Notes: generated from the letters alone by a model not told the origin. Positions 13,164 to 25,573 are shown, counted from the stretch's first letter. The stretch is 64,000 nucleotides of DNA from Laetmonice hystrix (GCA_965235115.1 OZ249436.1:2296001-2360000), one strand, 5' to 3'. Numbers and translations: made by a program.

Positions 13164-13840
13164 CAGGTTGGGCCGTTCGGCACGAGCTGGCTGTGGGGGA
13201 CGTATATATGGCAGCATGTCGGTCGTGGATCTATAGAAAGACATGATTAACTTGTTTCGTTTGGCACGAAACCCTATGCTCTTTGAGTTTAAAACATTGA
13301 AAGGTCACTGCTCTATGTAATCATTCGTTGCGGTGGGCTATGTATTGATAACCTTACAAGTAAAGGACAAAGCGATGAGTATGCACGTGTCTGGAAAAGT
13401 GGAACACCGGCAAGACTGCGGGAAAAAGCTTTTTGATTATCGCTCAGTGCTGGGGAAGCTGTCATTTCATTTCACGCTTTTCAAAACCACGGCTTCAGGC
13501 TTCATATTCGGAGAGTTTATTACAAACTTTCACGGTCACATCGGATTATTTGAAACCATTTAATGCCGTTAATAGCCAGGTATTTAGACTGGAGTGTATG
13601 ATTACCAGTGTTCTAGGGTAGAAAGGTTAGCAGGTGTTGTGAGGGGAACCTTGTCTGAGGTTAATATTACCCCCCTGTTACCCGGGGGGGGGGGGGGGGT
13701 TGCCCCCGGCTGGTGGCCAGCCAGACCCAGCCGTATAGAATTACCTTTTTTATAGTTCCTATATATAGAATCAATCAATGGAACAGCGCTCTCACCTAAC
13801 GATAACACGACCCAGACCTGTACTCTCGGCCTGTGGGTCG

Positions 13841-13956
13841 TGGTTGAGTGATCTTACTGCGGTTATTTACATTAGGTACGGTTGAGTGATTTTACTGCAG
13901 GTATTTACATTAGGTACGGTTGAGTGATTTTACTGCAGGTATTTACATTAGGTACG
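13841..13956. repeat. 38-bp repeat x3
   Basis: ggttgagtgattttactgcaggtatttacattaggtac. Confidence 0.9.
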
Positions 13957-14390
13957 CCTGTAATCGGACATGTTCCAACCCCCCCCCCCCCCCACACACA
14001 CACACACACACACCACACCAGTATTTCCGCGCGGTTGATCCACACGATTGGTCGTAGTTTTTACAGTTTGATGAGAGGTTAGCCGTGGTGTGTGGAATTA
14101 AGTAGAGCCCCAGTCACACATATAATATTGGCCTGTGTTTTCGTTGGTTGAGCCACGGGATCGACAGCGCTAATTAACGTTACAATGTTACAATAATCAC
14201 GTCACATATAAATGACGGGAACCGGAACTTGGATGTCGCCAGTTTGGGCCTCCAAAACGCATTTCTCATCGAATCGCGCATTGTAAGCGCCCGTTCATAC
14301 CTGGCTTATTCTTATTCTTATTCTTAAGTGGACGCGTTTGCAGTCGATTGCCTTCTACCTTGAATCATTAGAGTGTTCAGACTAGTCTTA

Positions 14391-14825
14391 AGGCCCAGTT
14401 TCACTAGGAGACTGGTACGAGACTACCACAGGACTGTGGCAGTCTCGTGCTAGTCTCCAACAAATCGCCTCCTTGGGGCCGGTTCACACCTGGCTTATTC
14501 TTATTCTTAAGTGGACGTGTTTGCGGTCGATTGCCTTCTACCTTGAACCATTAGAGTGTTCAGACTAGTCTTAGGCGTTTGCGATGACCGCGTTCTTAAC
14601 GCGAAGCATGGGAAAATTTCCAAACTTTCGCCACCGCTGCCGCGCTCGCCTGAAGGATTCCGTAGGGAAGTGACGTCAATTTGCGAGTGGCACTAAAATT
14701 AGCATGGCTCTTCTACGCCAGATGTGAACATTCGGTCGCAAAACGCGTCCGCCATCGCAATCGCATAAGAATAAGAATTAGGCCAGATGTGAACCTGGCC
14801 TAAGTCTCCTAGTGGAACTGGGCCT
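14391..14825. mobile_element. MITE family B, 23-bp TIR, TTA TSD (PIF/Harbinger-like)
   Basis: aggcccagtttcactaggagact / agtctcctagtggaactgggcct (1 mismatch); TTA at 14388-14390 and 14826-14828. Confidence 0.9.
14476..14800. mobile_element. Inner full-length MITE family A (Harbinger-like ends)
   Basis: gggccggttcacacctggcttattcttattctta / taagaataagaattaggccagatgtgaacctggcc. Confidence 0.85.
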
Positions 14826-16164
14826 TTAGGCGTTTGCGATGACGCCGTTCTTAACGCGAAGCATTGGAAAATTTCCAAACTTTCGCCACCTGAATCGCCT
14901 GAATTAGCCTGATGTGAACATTCGGTCGCAAAACGCGCCCGCCCTCGCAATCGCTTAAATGTTGGCGCCTTGAGACCACGATCACAGGTGTGTGGGGTAC
15001 AGGTACTCGAGCCACTGAGTGCACCACCCCACCACCCCCCACCCTCCACCACCACCCCCACCACCACCCAGGCCCAGTGTTCAGCTGAGCGACAGGGATA
15101 GAGGATTAACCCAGTTACAGCGATGAATGAATGAATGGCAGAGTGAGAGAGAACATGGCTTGTGATGGCGTGTTGGCATCTTTTTGAGCCATACCTGCAC
15201 AATGCACATTTGTTGTTCGAACTCTGAAGGATGTGTCATTTTTGTAGAATCTAAGTTAGAAATTCACGTCGGGTTTGAAGTAGAATTTACTTCATGGCAG
15301 TCAGAGCTCGTTTATCCGAACAGCTTGGTGCTCATTACAATGTGTTCGGATTGGGAAATGTACGGATTACTGAATCATCTTAAATAGAAAATGGTAGAAG
15401 AGGTTATCAGAAAGTGTGTTTGGATGGTGAGGTATACGGATTAAAGAAGGATGGATTAAGGAGGTCTGACTGTATATTGTTAATATGATTAGGCTGTTTG
15501 GTAGGGTAATTGCTCGAATACCTGACATGTAGAGTTCCGCCCCCCCCCCCCCGCCACACACACACCCACACGCAAAGATTTAGGTCAGCTGACGTTTATC
15601 TAATTCCACAGCCTGTCGGACCACTGCCTGTTGGTGTGTTTGTTTGTGACAGAGGCCCGTGAGGAGGGGGGCTGGGGTTTGGCGATGAGGGGGTCGGAGA
15701 GGGGGACTTCAGTCTGCTACTGACAGCGGTCGATAGCCCCAACCAAAACACCACTCTTGTCTACTCCATTTAGGTCCTCATTGGGAGCCGGCGTGGCCGG
15801 TTGGGGCACTTAGCCGGCTTCTGAAGTTCTTCCATCGCGTTATTGGGATTAGATGATATTACTAATGGCCAGCACAGAGGCAGAAGGAGGGCGCGTGGCC
15901 CCGCCACAGACATAAGAGCCACAGAAAACGCAGACATCAAAAATGGGGCCGACTCTCTCGAGTGTGGCGGCTATTCATGCTGTTTGGAAGCAGGTCCCTT
16001 CTAAACACATAAATGCCATTATCTTGTTGGCCAAGTACGTCCTTGGTATGGCGCCGAGTGTGGGCCAGCCACGACACGTGTTCATGGCCATGGTGGCCTA
16101 GTCAAAGGAACAACGTCATGTTTGTCCCAGACACCCTCCCGTTCACCTTCCCACAGAAAGTCAG

Positions 16165-17580
16165 ATACTTAGTACAATCCACATACTCCATATAATCTAC
16201 ATACCCCACAGAGTTGACATACTTGGTGCAATCCACATACTCCATATAATCTACATATTCCAGTTTACACACTTTTTGCAATCCACATACTCCATATAAT
16301 CTACATACCCCACAGAGTTGACATACTTAGTACAATCCACATACTCCATATAATCTACATACCCCACAGAGTTGACATACTTAGTACAATCCACATACTC
16401 CATATAATCTACATATTCCAGTTTACACACTTATTGCAATCCACATACTCCATATAATCTACATACCCCACAGAGTTGACATACTTAGTACAATCCACAT
16501 ACTCCATATAATCTACACATTCCAGTTTACATACTTATTGCAATCCACATACTCCATATAATCTACATACCCCACAGAGTTGACATACTTAGTACAATCC
16601 ACATACTCCATATAATCTACATACCCCACAGAGTTGACATACTTGGTGCAATCCACATACTCCATATAATCTACATACCCCACAGAGTTGACATACTTAG
16701 TACAATCCACATACTCCATATAATCTACACATTCCAGTTTACATACTTATTGCAATCCACATACTCCATATAATCTACATACTCCACAGAGTTGACATAC
16801 TTATTTCAATCCACATACTCCATATAATCTACATACCCCACAGAGTTGACATACTTGGTGCAATCCACATACTCCATATAATCTACATACCCCACAGAGT
16901 TGACATACTTAGTACAATCCACATACTCCATATAATCTACATATTCCAGTTTACACACTTATTGCAATCCACATACTCCATATAATCTACATACCCCACA
17001 GAGTTGACATACTTAGTACAATCCACATACTCCATATAATCTACATACCCCACAGAGTTGACATACTTAGTACAATCCACATACTCCATAATCTACACAT
17101 TCCAGTTTACATACTTATTGCAATCCACATACTCCATATAATCTACATACTCCACAGAGTTTACATACTTATTTCAATCCACATACTCCATATAATCTAC
17201 ATATTCCAGTTTACATACTTATTGCAATCCACATACTCCATATAATCTACATACCCCACAGAGTTGACATACTTGGTGCAATCCACATACTCCATATAAT
17301 CTACATACCCCACAGAGTTGACATACTTGGTGCAATCCACATACTCCATATAATCTACATATTCCAGTTTACATACTTATTGCAATCCACATACTCCATA
17401 TAATCTACATATTCCAGTTTACATACTTATTGCAATCCACATACTCCATATAATCCACATACTCGATATAATCCACATACTCCACAGAGTTGACATACTT
17501 ATTTCACTCCACATACTCCATATAATCTACATATTCCACAGAGTTGACATACTTAGTGCAGTCCACATGGACTCCACATA
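16165..17580. repeat. ~51-54 bp minisatellite with two interspersed variants
   Basis: caatccacatactccatataatctacataccccacagagttgacatacttagta and a ...attccagtttacatacttattg variant. Confidence 0.95.
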
Positions 17581-17704
17581 CGCCATACTTTTAGACTATA
17601 CGGACTTCTGGCAGACTATTTGCCCATAATCCGCTGATTTCACTGACTTCGGTTATTGCCCTGCAGACCTGCCTCAAAGGTCTGGCATTAATGGTAGGAC
17701 GGGC

Positions 17705-18017
17705 GTGTCTGGTTTACCCAACCGTGTCTGGTTTACCAAACCGTGTCTGGTTTACCAAACCGTGTCTAGTTTACCAAACCGTGTCAGATTTACCAAACCG
17801 TGTCTGGTTTACCAAACCGTGTCTGGTTTACCATCCGTGTCTGGTTTACATCCGTGTCTGGTTTACCATCCGTGTCTAGTTTACCAAACCGTGTCAGGTT
17901 TACCAAACCGTGTCTGGTTTACCAAACCGTGTCTGGTTTACCAAACCGTGTCTGGTTTACCAAACCGTGTCTGGTTTACCAAACCGTGTCTGGTTTACCA
18001 AGACGTACCTGGTTTAC
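17705..18017. repeat. 19-bp minisatellite ~16 copies
   Basis: ccgtgtctggtttaccaaa. Confidence 0.95.
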
Positions 18018-18503
18018 CTATAACTGAAGACCTATAACTGAAGAAGTAGCCCGGGTGGAGCTTGCAGTTGTCCCCGATCTCACACTCTCAGAGCCTGCCT
18101 TTCTTACAGAACGAGTTATAATATATCGACAACCATCGCCACGGATTGACCTGGTTCTGAAGGGAAATCCTGGACATAGTGAGTTGATTGAGGTGTCCGG
18201 GTGACCCGTCATAGGACGGGTTGGGAGATATGACGGGTACGGCGGCCTCGGGCCTGACATGGGGCGGTGGATGGACAGCCCGGGGGACAGCAGGGTGGAG
18301 TCCGGGGGGAGGGAGCCCAGTACGGACTGACAAATGACGGTGCAGGACATTGGACGTCAAGACCTCCTCCAGTGGGCTCGATTTACGACCAATGTTTGAC
18401 ACGTGACTGTCACTGCTGGAGGTGGACGGATGTGCCTGAACAGCCACCGTGATGGCTGCTGTCCTCTCGGGTCGACCGTGGAGGAATTAGGTGGCCCACT
18501 TAC

Positions 18504-19015
18504 CAAATCCGTGCCTTTTCCTCCAGGCTGGGGTTTCTCCTGGACTGCCCGTACCGTACGCTGGGACCCCCTCCTCCAGGGTTGTCCTCCAGGCTGTGGG
18601 TTCTCCTGGACTGCCCGTACCGTACGCTGTGACCCCCTCCCCCAGGGTTGTCCTCCAGGCTGTGGGTTCTCCTGGACTGCCCGTACCGTACGCTGGGACC
18701 CCCTCCTCCAGGGTTGTACCTGGACTGCCCGTACCGTACGCTGGGACCCCCTCCTCCAGGGTTGTCCTCCAGGCTGTGGGTTCTCCTGGACTGCCCGTAC
18801 CGTACGCTGGGACCCCCTCCCCCAGGATTGTTCTCCAGGCTGGGGTTTCTCCTGGACTGCCCGTACCGTACGCTGGAACCCCCTCCCCCAGGGTTGTCCT
18901 CCAGGCTGTGGGTTCTCTTGGACTACCCGTACCGTACGCTGGGACCCCCTCCCCAGGGTTGTGTGCATTGGGTCGCCCGTCATTCAGCAAGGGGCACCCT
19001 TGAGGAAACGTGAGG
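18504..19015 (-). other. Possible minus-strand exon enclosing the 63-bp repeat
   Basis: Minus-strand acceptor aaatttcttttccag|19015 and donor TTTG|GTAAGT after 18504. One frame is open throughout (LTFPQGCPLLNDGRPNAHNPGEGVPAYGTGSP...). Confidence 0.25.
18521..18960. repeat. 63-bp GC-rich minisatellite ~7 copies
   Basis: ctccaggctgtgggttctcctggactgcccgtaccgtacgctgggacccc...; the unit length is a multiple of 3, which explains ORFs in most frames. Confidence 0.95.
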
Positions 19016-19849
19016 CTGGAAAAGAAATTTTATGGGAAAGCCATGGAAAATGGTGAACAATAAGAAACAATGTCTTTTGTGCGACAGTTGGGCGCGTTCT
19101 GCTTGCGTGTTTTACATCCCGGGTGTCACACTGAATTATCGCCACTAAGGAAAATCAATGGAAAATGTTTTGGATTTTTTATACATTTTATTCTTTTTTT
19201 AACCCCCATTTATTTATTTTTTTTACCCCCCATTTATTGCAACTCGGCGGCTGTGGCCATTTTCGCCAAGACGTTGGTGAGGATGCCCTGACAGTAATCT
19301 GATGGCATCATTCCTGACTTGAACCTCTAAACGAATGACCAAAGATTTATATTAGGTCTGACATTATCCAGACGGGCTGTCGTCCCGTCATCACGTATTG
19401 AGTTTCTGTCTGTGGTATCAAAACATAACCAGTCTCCAGGCGCATTGTCCTCAATATGTGTTTGTGGAAGGTCTATGGTCAGAGATGTCTCACTAAAGGA
19501 GGCAGCACTAGCGGAGCGGAGAAAGTCTGAGCACTTGTCTCATTAAAGGAGAGAATCTAAGTAAATGTCTCATAAAAATGAGGAGATTTGAGCATGTATC
19601 TCATTAAAGGAAAAGATGAGGTTAAGTTTGACCGGATGCGAGTCCCCTGGATGTGTCGAAGAGGTATGGCAGCCAGAGGTGGCCGGGGCCAGCTTCCATC
19701 GAGTCAGACTCTTAATATAGCATGAAAACTCTAGATGGAGACCGGGGCCGTAAAGCGGCGGTACATGGCCATGATAATCCAATATAGACGAGCAATTACT
19801 GTTGCAGCCTACTGGGCTTTCTGACTATGTGCTGGTGCTGTAACATGAC

Positions 19850-20276
19850 ATGGGCACGTGCCCAGTAGGCGAGGCATCAAACAGCAGGCATGGGGAGTAC
19901 GTGCCCAGTAGGCGAGGCATCAAACAGCAGGCTGGCATGGGGAGCTCGTGCCCAGTAGGTGAGGCATCAAACAGCAGGCTGGCATGGGGAGTACGTGTCC
20001 AGTAGGCGAGGCATCAAACAGCAGGCTGGCATGGGGAGCACGTGCCCAGTAGGCGAGGCATCAAACAGCAGGCTGGCATGGGGAGCTCGTGCCCAGTAGG
20101 CGAGGCATCAAACAGCAGGCTGGCATGGGGAGTACGTGCCCAGTAGGCGAGGCATCAAACAGCAGGCTGGCATGGGGAGTACGTGCCCAGTAGGCGAGGC
20201 ATCAAACAGCAGGCTGGCATGGGGAGTACGTGCCCAGTAGGCGAGGCATCAAACAGCAGGCTGGCATGGGGAGCTC
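19850..20276. repeat. 47-bp minisatellite x9
   Basis: cgtgcccagtaggcgaggcatcaaacagcaggctggcatggggagta. Confidence 0.95.
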
Positions 20277-20369
20277 TGGACGTGTGCTTCACTCAGATAT
20301 GACATTCCGGGGACCAAAGCGAAAACGGGAACGCTACCCTCCTTGTACTATTCCCACCAACTTGGGGGT

Positions 20370-20560
20370 GTTTGAGGTCTGGGGCTGAGGTTTAGGGACT
20401 AGGGTCAGGGTTAGGGCTGTTTGAGGTCTGGGGACCGAGGTTTAGGGACTAGGGTCAGGGTTAGGGCTGTTTGAGGTCTGGGGACCGAGGTTTAGGGACT
20501 AGGGTCAGGGTTAGGGCTGTTTGAGGTCTGGGGACCGAGGTTTAGGGACTAGGCTCAGGG
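20370..20560. repeat. 50-bp repeat x4 containing TTAGGG-like motifs
   Basis: gtttgaggtctggggaccgaggtttagggactagggtcagggttagggct. Confidence 0.9.
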
Positions 20561-20889
20561 ATAGCAGGCCAGCCAATCAGAAGCAAGATCTTTAGTTTTA
20601 ACGAACCCAGATCGAGAGGGTTGCTCGCAGTGCCTCTTTGGTTCAGAGCTTACCTGGTGCACCACGCCTTCATATTATAGTGTAGAATACAGTTGTAAGT
20701 AATAAGATACGTTGTAAGATAAGTTGTAAGATAAGTAATAAGATACGTTGTAAGATAAGTCGTAAGATAAGTTGTAAGATAAGTAAGATGTTAGTAATTA
20801 TGTACGTTATTAGAGCCTTTAATCTTTAATTCTTTCTCTGTCAACGCTCATCATAATGTATCGATTGTTCAGGCCTCAGAGGAAATTAA

Positions 20890-21229
20890 AGGTGCTATTC
20901 GTCTCGCACAGAATGGCATTTCTCCTATCATACATTGTGCACATAGTACTAGAAAAAATTCCTACCGATACCATTGGCCTGATAAACCTTCTACTAGTTT
21001 GTGTGCAGCATTTGAAACCTATCTCGGTGCGCACCGAGATAGAGCCATTTCCTATGGTGGGGCGTGTCAGGGTCTCCACAGGCCTTCTGAGAGAGCCCCA
21101 TTTGTGCCGTTATCCATGAAAAATTTTGATTTCCTTTGTTGTGAATCTATTTCCATGATAGGTGGGATCACATAAACGTCAACAAAATTAATAATAAAAA
21201 AATTGAATTTTTGTTCACGAATAGCACCT
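20890..21229. mobile_element. Kolobok-like MITE, TTAA TSD
   Basis: ttaa|aggtgctattcgt ... acgaatagcacct|ttaa: perfect 13-bp TIR starting with RR (piggyBac ends would start CCY). Confidence 0.88.
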
Positions 21230-21744
21230 TTAAAGTTCACGTTCTCCTCGGAATCTGTTGCTAGGGATGCCACACTGCAGGCAGCCATGTTCTTCTTTCA
21301 AATGCTTGCCAGAAGAATCTTTCGTGCAAGGAATTATTTACTCTGACTGAAGAGAAGCTCATATTCAATTTAAGCCTATCGATTATCATTTATAGTTGTA
21401 GCAGTTTTCAGAATCAACTGTCATGTTCCCCGCAGATCGATTGGTACGACTTTTTACATGCAACATTGTGGTCCAATCCCTCCTGCATGACCGACACAAA
21501 GGACAAGTTAAAGAAGAAACAAATGTACTTATAATGAATATTTACCTTGTGAGGAGAACCAAGTCCCACTAATTAAGCGAACAATGTGGCAGCCAGTGTC
21601 TCATTTCCCCATGTTGGTCCTTAGATAGCTGACTTCCTGAGGCCGACAGACTGAAGACTTTCACAATAAGACATAGCTGTGAAATCTGACCGTCCCCCGA
21701 CGTCTGCCCCGCCTGGCGAACTCTTTGTGTTCTTACGACAGAAA

Positions 21745-22240
21745 CAGGATCGTTCACCGTCTGACGAATTCTTGTGTTGTTACAATAACAGGATCGTTTG
21801 CCGTCTGTCGCATTCTTGTGTTGTTACAATAACAGGATCGTTCACCGTCTGAGGAAACCTTGTGTTGTTACAGTAACAGGATCGTTCACCGTCTGACGAA
21901 TTCTTGTGTTGTTACAATAACAGGATCGTTCACTGCTGACGAAATCTTGTGTTGTTACAATAACAGGATCGTTCACTGCTGACGAAATCTTGTGTTGTTA
22001 CAATAACAGGATCGTTCACCGTCTGACGAAATCTTGTGTTGTTACAATAACAGGATCGTTCACTGCTGACGAAATCTTGTGTTGTTACAATAACAGGATC
22101 GTTCGCCGTCTGACGAAATCTTGTGTTGTTACAATAACAGGATCGTTCGCCGTCTGACGAAATCTTGTGTTGTTACAGTAACAGGATCGTTCACCGTCTG
22201 ACGAATTCTTGTGTTGTTACATTAACAGAATCATTCACCG
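21745..22240. repeat. 44-bp minisatellite ~11 copies
   Basis: aacaggatcgttcaccgtctgacgaaatcttgtgttgttacaat. Confidence 0.95.
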
Positions 22241-22412
22241 CCTGTACAGTCGACAGGATGTTTGGTTATTTGGTTAGAGCCTAAACATTGTCTGGAAAAT
22301 CGTTAATTGGGAAGGAGGCGCACCGGGCCAGAATTTTGAAGGGGCAAGGTGAATTATCACAAACGGTAGCAGTGTTCTACAACCACTTGTCATTGGCAAC
22401 CCAAAGGGGGCA

Positions 22413-22773
22413 TTTGATCCCTCCGTCAGAAACAGTTGTGTGATTGTTTACGGTGACAGTAATTTGACCTCCGTCAGAAACAGTTGTGTGATTGTTTACG
22501 GTGACAGTAATTTGACGTCCGTCACAAACAGTTGTGTGATTGTTTACGGTGACAGTAATTTGACCTCCGTCAGAAACAGTTGTGTGATTGTTTACGGTGA
22601 CAGTAATTTGACGTCCGTCACAAACAGTTGTGTGATTGTTTACGGTGACAGTAATTTGACCTCCGTCAGAAACAGTTGTGTGATTGTTTACGGTGACAGT
22701 AATTTGACCTCCGTCAGAAACAGTTGTGTGATTGTTTACGGTGACAGTAATTTGACCTCCGTCAGAAACAGTT
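22413..22773. repeat. 48-bp minisatellite ~7 copies
   Basis: ctccgtcagaaacagttgtgtgattgtttacggtgacagtaatttgac. Confidence 0.95.
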
Positions 22774-22947
22774 ATTTCTCTTGATATTAGGTTTCAGTGT
22801 CGGCTTGCACGATGACAGCAAACTGCTGATTGTTTTTTTGTTTTTTAAATCACCAGACAACACTTTGACATTTAACAGTTTTTTTTAATCTAACATTGCT
22901 CTGCTACATTACGTGTAACATACGGCAGTGAGCAGGACGTATACCTG

Positions 22948-23833
22948 GCCGTGTCTGAGTCACAGGATGTCTGCATGGAGAGTGCCGTGTCTGAGTCACA
23001 GGATGTCTGCATGGAGTGCCGTGTCTGAGTCACAGGATGTCTGCATGGAGAGTGCCGTGTCTGAGTCACAGGATGTCTGCATGGAGTGCCGTGTCTGAGT
23101 CACAGGATGTCTGCATGGAGTGCCGTGTCTGAGTCACAGGATGTCTGCATGGAGAGTGTCGTGTCTGAGTCACAGGATGTCTGCATGGAGAGTGTTGTGT
23201 CTGAGTCACAGGATGTCTGCATGGAGTGCCGTGTCTGAGTCACAGGATGTCTGCATGGAGTGCCGTGTCTGAGTCACAGGATGTCTGCATGGAGAGTGCC
23301 GTGTCTGAGTCACAGGATGTCTGCATGGAGAGTGTCGTGTCTGAGTCACAGGATGTCTGCATGGAGAGTGTTGTGTCTGAGTCACAGGATGTCTGCATGG
23401 AGTGCCGTGTCTGAGTCACAGGATGTCTGCATGGAGAGTGTCGTGTCTGAGTCACAGGATGTCTGCATGGAGTGCCATGTCTGAGTCACAGGATGTCTGC
23501 ACGGAGTGCCGTGTCTGAGTCACAGGATGTTTGCATGGAGAGTGCCGTGTCTGAGTCACAGGATGTCTGCACGGAGTGCCGTGTCTGAGTCACAGGATGT
23601 CTGCACGGAGTGCCGTGTCTGAGTCACAGGATGTCTGCATGGAGTGCCGTGTCTGAGTCACGGGATGTCTGCATGGAGAGTGCCGTGTCTGAGTCACAGG
23701 ATGTCTGCATGGAGAGTGCCGTGTCTGAGTCACAGGATGTCTGCACGGAGTGCCGTGTCTGAGTCACAGGATGTCTGCATGGAGTGCCGTGTCTGAGTCA
23801 CAGGATGTCTGCATGGAGAGTGTCGTGTCTGAG
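22948..23833. repeat. 34/36-bp minisatellite ~25 copies, each with TGAGTCA
   Basis: gccgtgtctgagtcacaggatgtctgcatgga(ga)gt. Confidence 0.95.
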
Positions 23834-24145
23834 ACTGAGAGTGTGCCTTCAAACGGATGGGATTGGCCTTATGTTGACTAAAACTGCTGAGGTTGCACGA
23901 CAAACATGACATAGGAGATGGTCGCGCCCTGTTCGCCGTGAAGGACGCCACTCAATCTGTCCAGGAAGTTGGATGTATGCACTTCCGGGCCGTAATATCC
24001 TCAACTCTGCCCACCGCCAGGTCCATGAAGGTCGCTGGGAGAGCAAACTTTACAAACACCATACGGGTGGGGTATATACCACGTGCCACTGCATGTTAAG
24101 ATTGATATATTGAAATGGTAAAAAATGATGAGAATTGGAAAAAAC

Positions 24146-25534
24146 GGTACACAGCAGTCACATCCTTACTTACCTGTGATGAGAACTTGTATAAACCGGT
24201 ACACAGCAGTCACATCCTTACTTACCTGTGATGAGAACTTGTATAAACCGGTACACAACAGTCACATCCTTACTTACCTGTGATGAGAACTTGTATAAAC
24301 CGGTACACAGCAGTCACATCCTTACTTACCTGTGATGAGAACTTGTATAAAACGGTACACAACAGTCACATCCTTACTTACCTGTGATGAGAACTTGTAT
24401 AAACCGGTACACAGCAGTCACATCCTTACTTACCTGTGATGAGAACTTGTATAAAACGGTACACAACAGTCACATCCTTACTTACCTGTGATGAGAACTT
24501 GTATAAACCGGTACACAGCAGTCACATCCTTACTTACCTGTGATGAGAACTTGTATAAACCGGTACACAGCAGTCACATCCTTACTTACCTGTGATGAGA
24601 ACTTGTATAAACCGGTACACAGCAGTCACATCCTTACTTACCTGTGATGAGAACTTGTATAAACCGGTACACAGCAGTCACATCCTTACTTACCTGTGAT
24701 GAGAACTTGTATAAACCGGTACACAGCAGTCACATCCTTACTTACCTGTGATGAGAACTTGTATAAACCGGTACACAGCAGTCACATCCTTACTTACCTG
24801 TGATGAGAACTTGTATAAACCGGTACACAGCAGTCACATCCTTACTTACCTGTGATGAGAACTTGTATAAACCGGTACACAGCAGTCACATCCCTACTTA
24901 CCTGTGATGAGAACTTGTATAAACCGGTACACAGCAGTCACATCCCTACTTACCTGTGATGGGAACTTGTATAAACCGGTACACAGCAGTCACATCCTTA
25001 CTTACCTGTGATGAGAACTTGTATAAACCGGTACACAGCAGTCACATCCTTACTTACCTGTGATGAGAACTTGTATAAACCGGTGTACACACAGCAGTCA
25101 CATCCTTACTTACCTGTGATGAGAACTTGTATAAACCGGTACACAGCAGTCACATCCTTACTTACCTGTGATGAGAACTTGTATAAACCGGTACACAGCA
25201 GTCAGATCCTTACTTACCTGTGATGAGAACTTGTATAATCCGGTACACAGCAGTCACATCCTTACTTACCTGTGATGAGAACTTGTATAATCCGGTACAC
25301 AGCAGTCACATCCTTACTTACCTGTGATGAGAACTTGTATAAACCGGTACACAGCAGTCACATCCTTACTTACCTGTGATGAGAACTTGTATAAACCGGT
25401 ACACAACAGTCACATCCTTACTTAACTGTGATGAGAACTTGTATAAACCGGTACACAGCAGTCACATCCTTACTTACCTGTGATGAGAACTTGTATAAAC
25501 CGGTACACAGCAGTCACATCCTTACTTACCTGTG
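24146..25534. repeat. 52-bp minisatellite ~27 copies
   Basis: ggtacacagcagtcacatccttacttacctgtgatgagaacttgtataaacc. Confidence 0.96.
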
Positions 25535-25573
25535 AGTAAGTGTAAGATCATGACCGCCCCAGGCTCCAATATA

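Larger units (their letters stand above)
6591..13797. repeat. Tandem segmental duplication, copy 2 (~7.2 kb)
   Basis: Same unique sequence, MITEs and arrays in the same order as 1-6590. It lacks the ~3650-4310 segment, and array copy numbers differ. Confidence 0.93.
14287..14955. mobile_element. Outer MITE family A (right TIR lost), interrupted by element B
   Basis: 14287-14390 plus 14829-14955 align with the intact family-A copy at 14476-14800. Confidence 0.8.

Noticed and set aside
18110..18178. Plus-strand exon candidate (ctttcttacag...gtgagt)
   Set aside because: The only open frame is incompatible with the phase-2 donor at 4295, and there is no other support.
20856..21288. Short ORFs suggesting a transposase remnant
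   Set aside because: They overlap a 340-bp non-autonomous MITE and show no DDE or other motif.
23840..24100. Coding-looking unique spacer
   Set aside because: Only short ORFs, no convincing splice-site pair, and no recognised homology.
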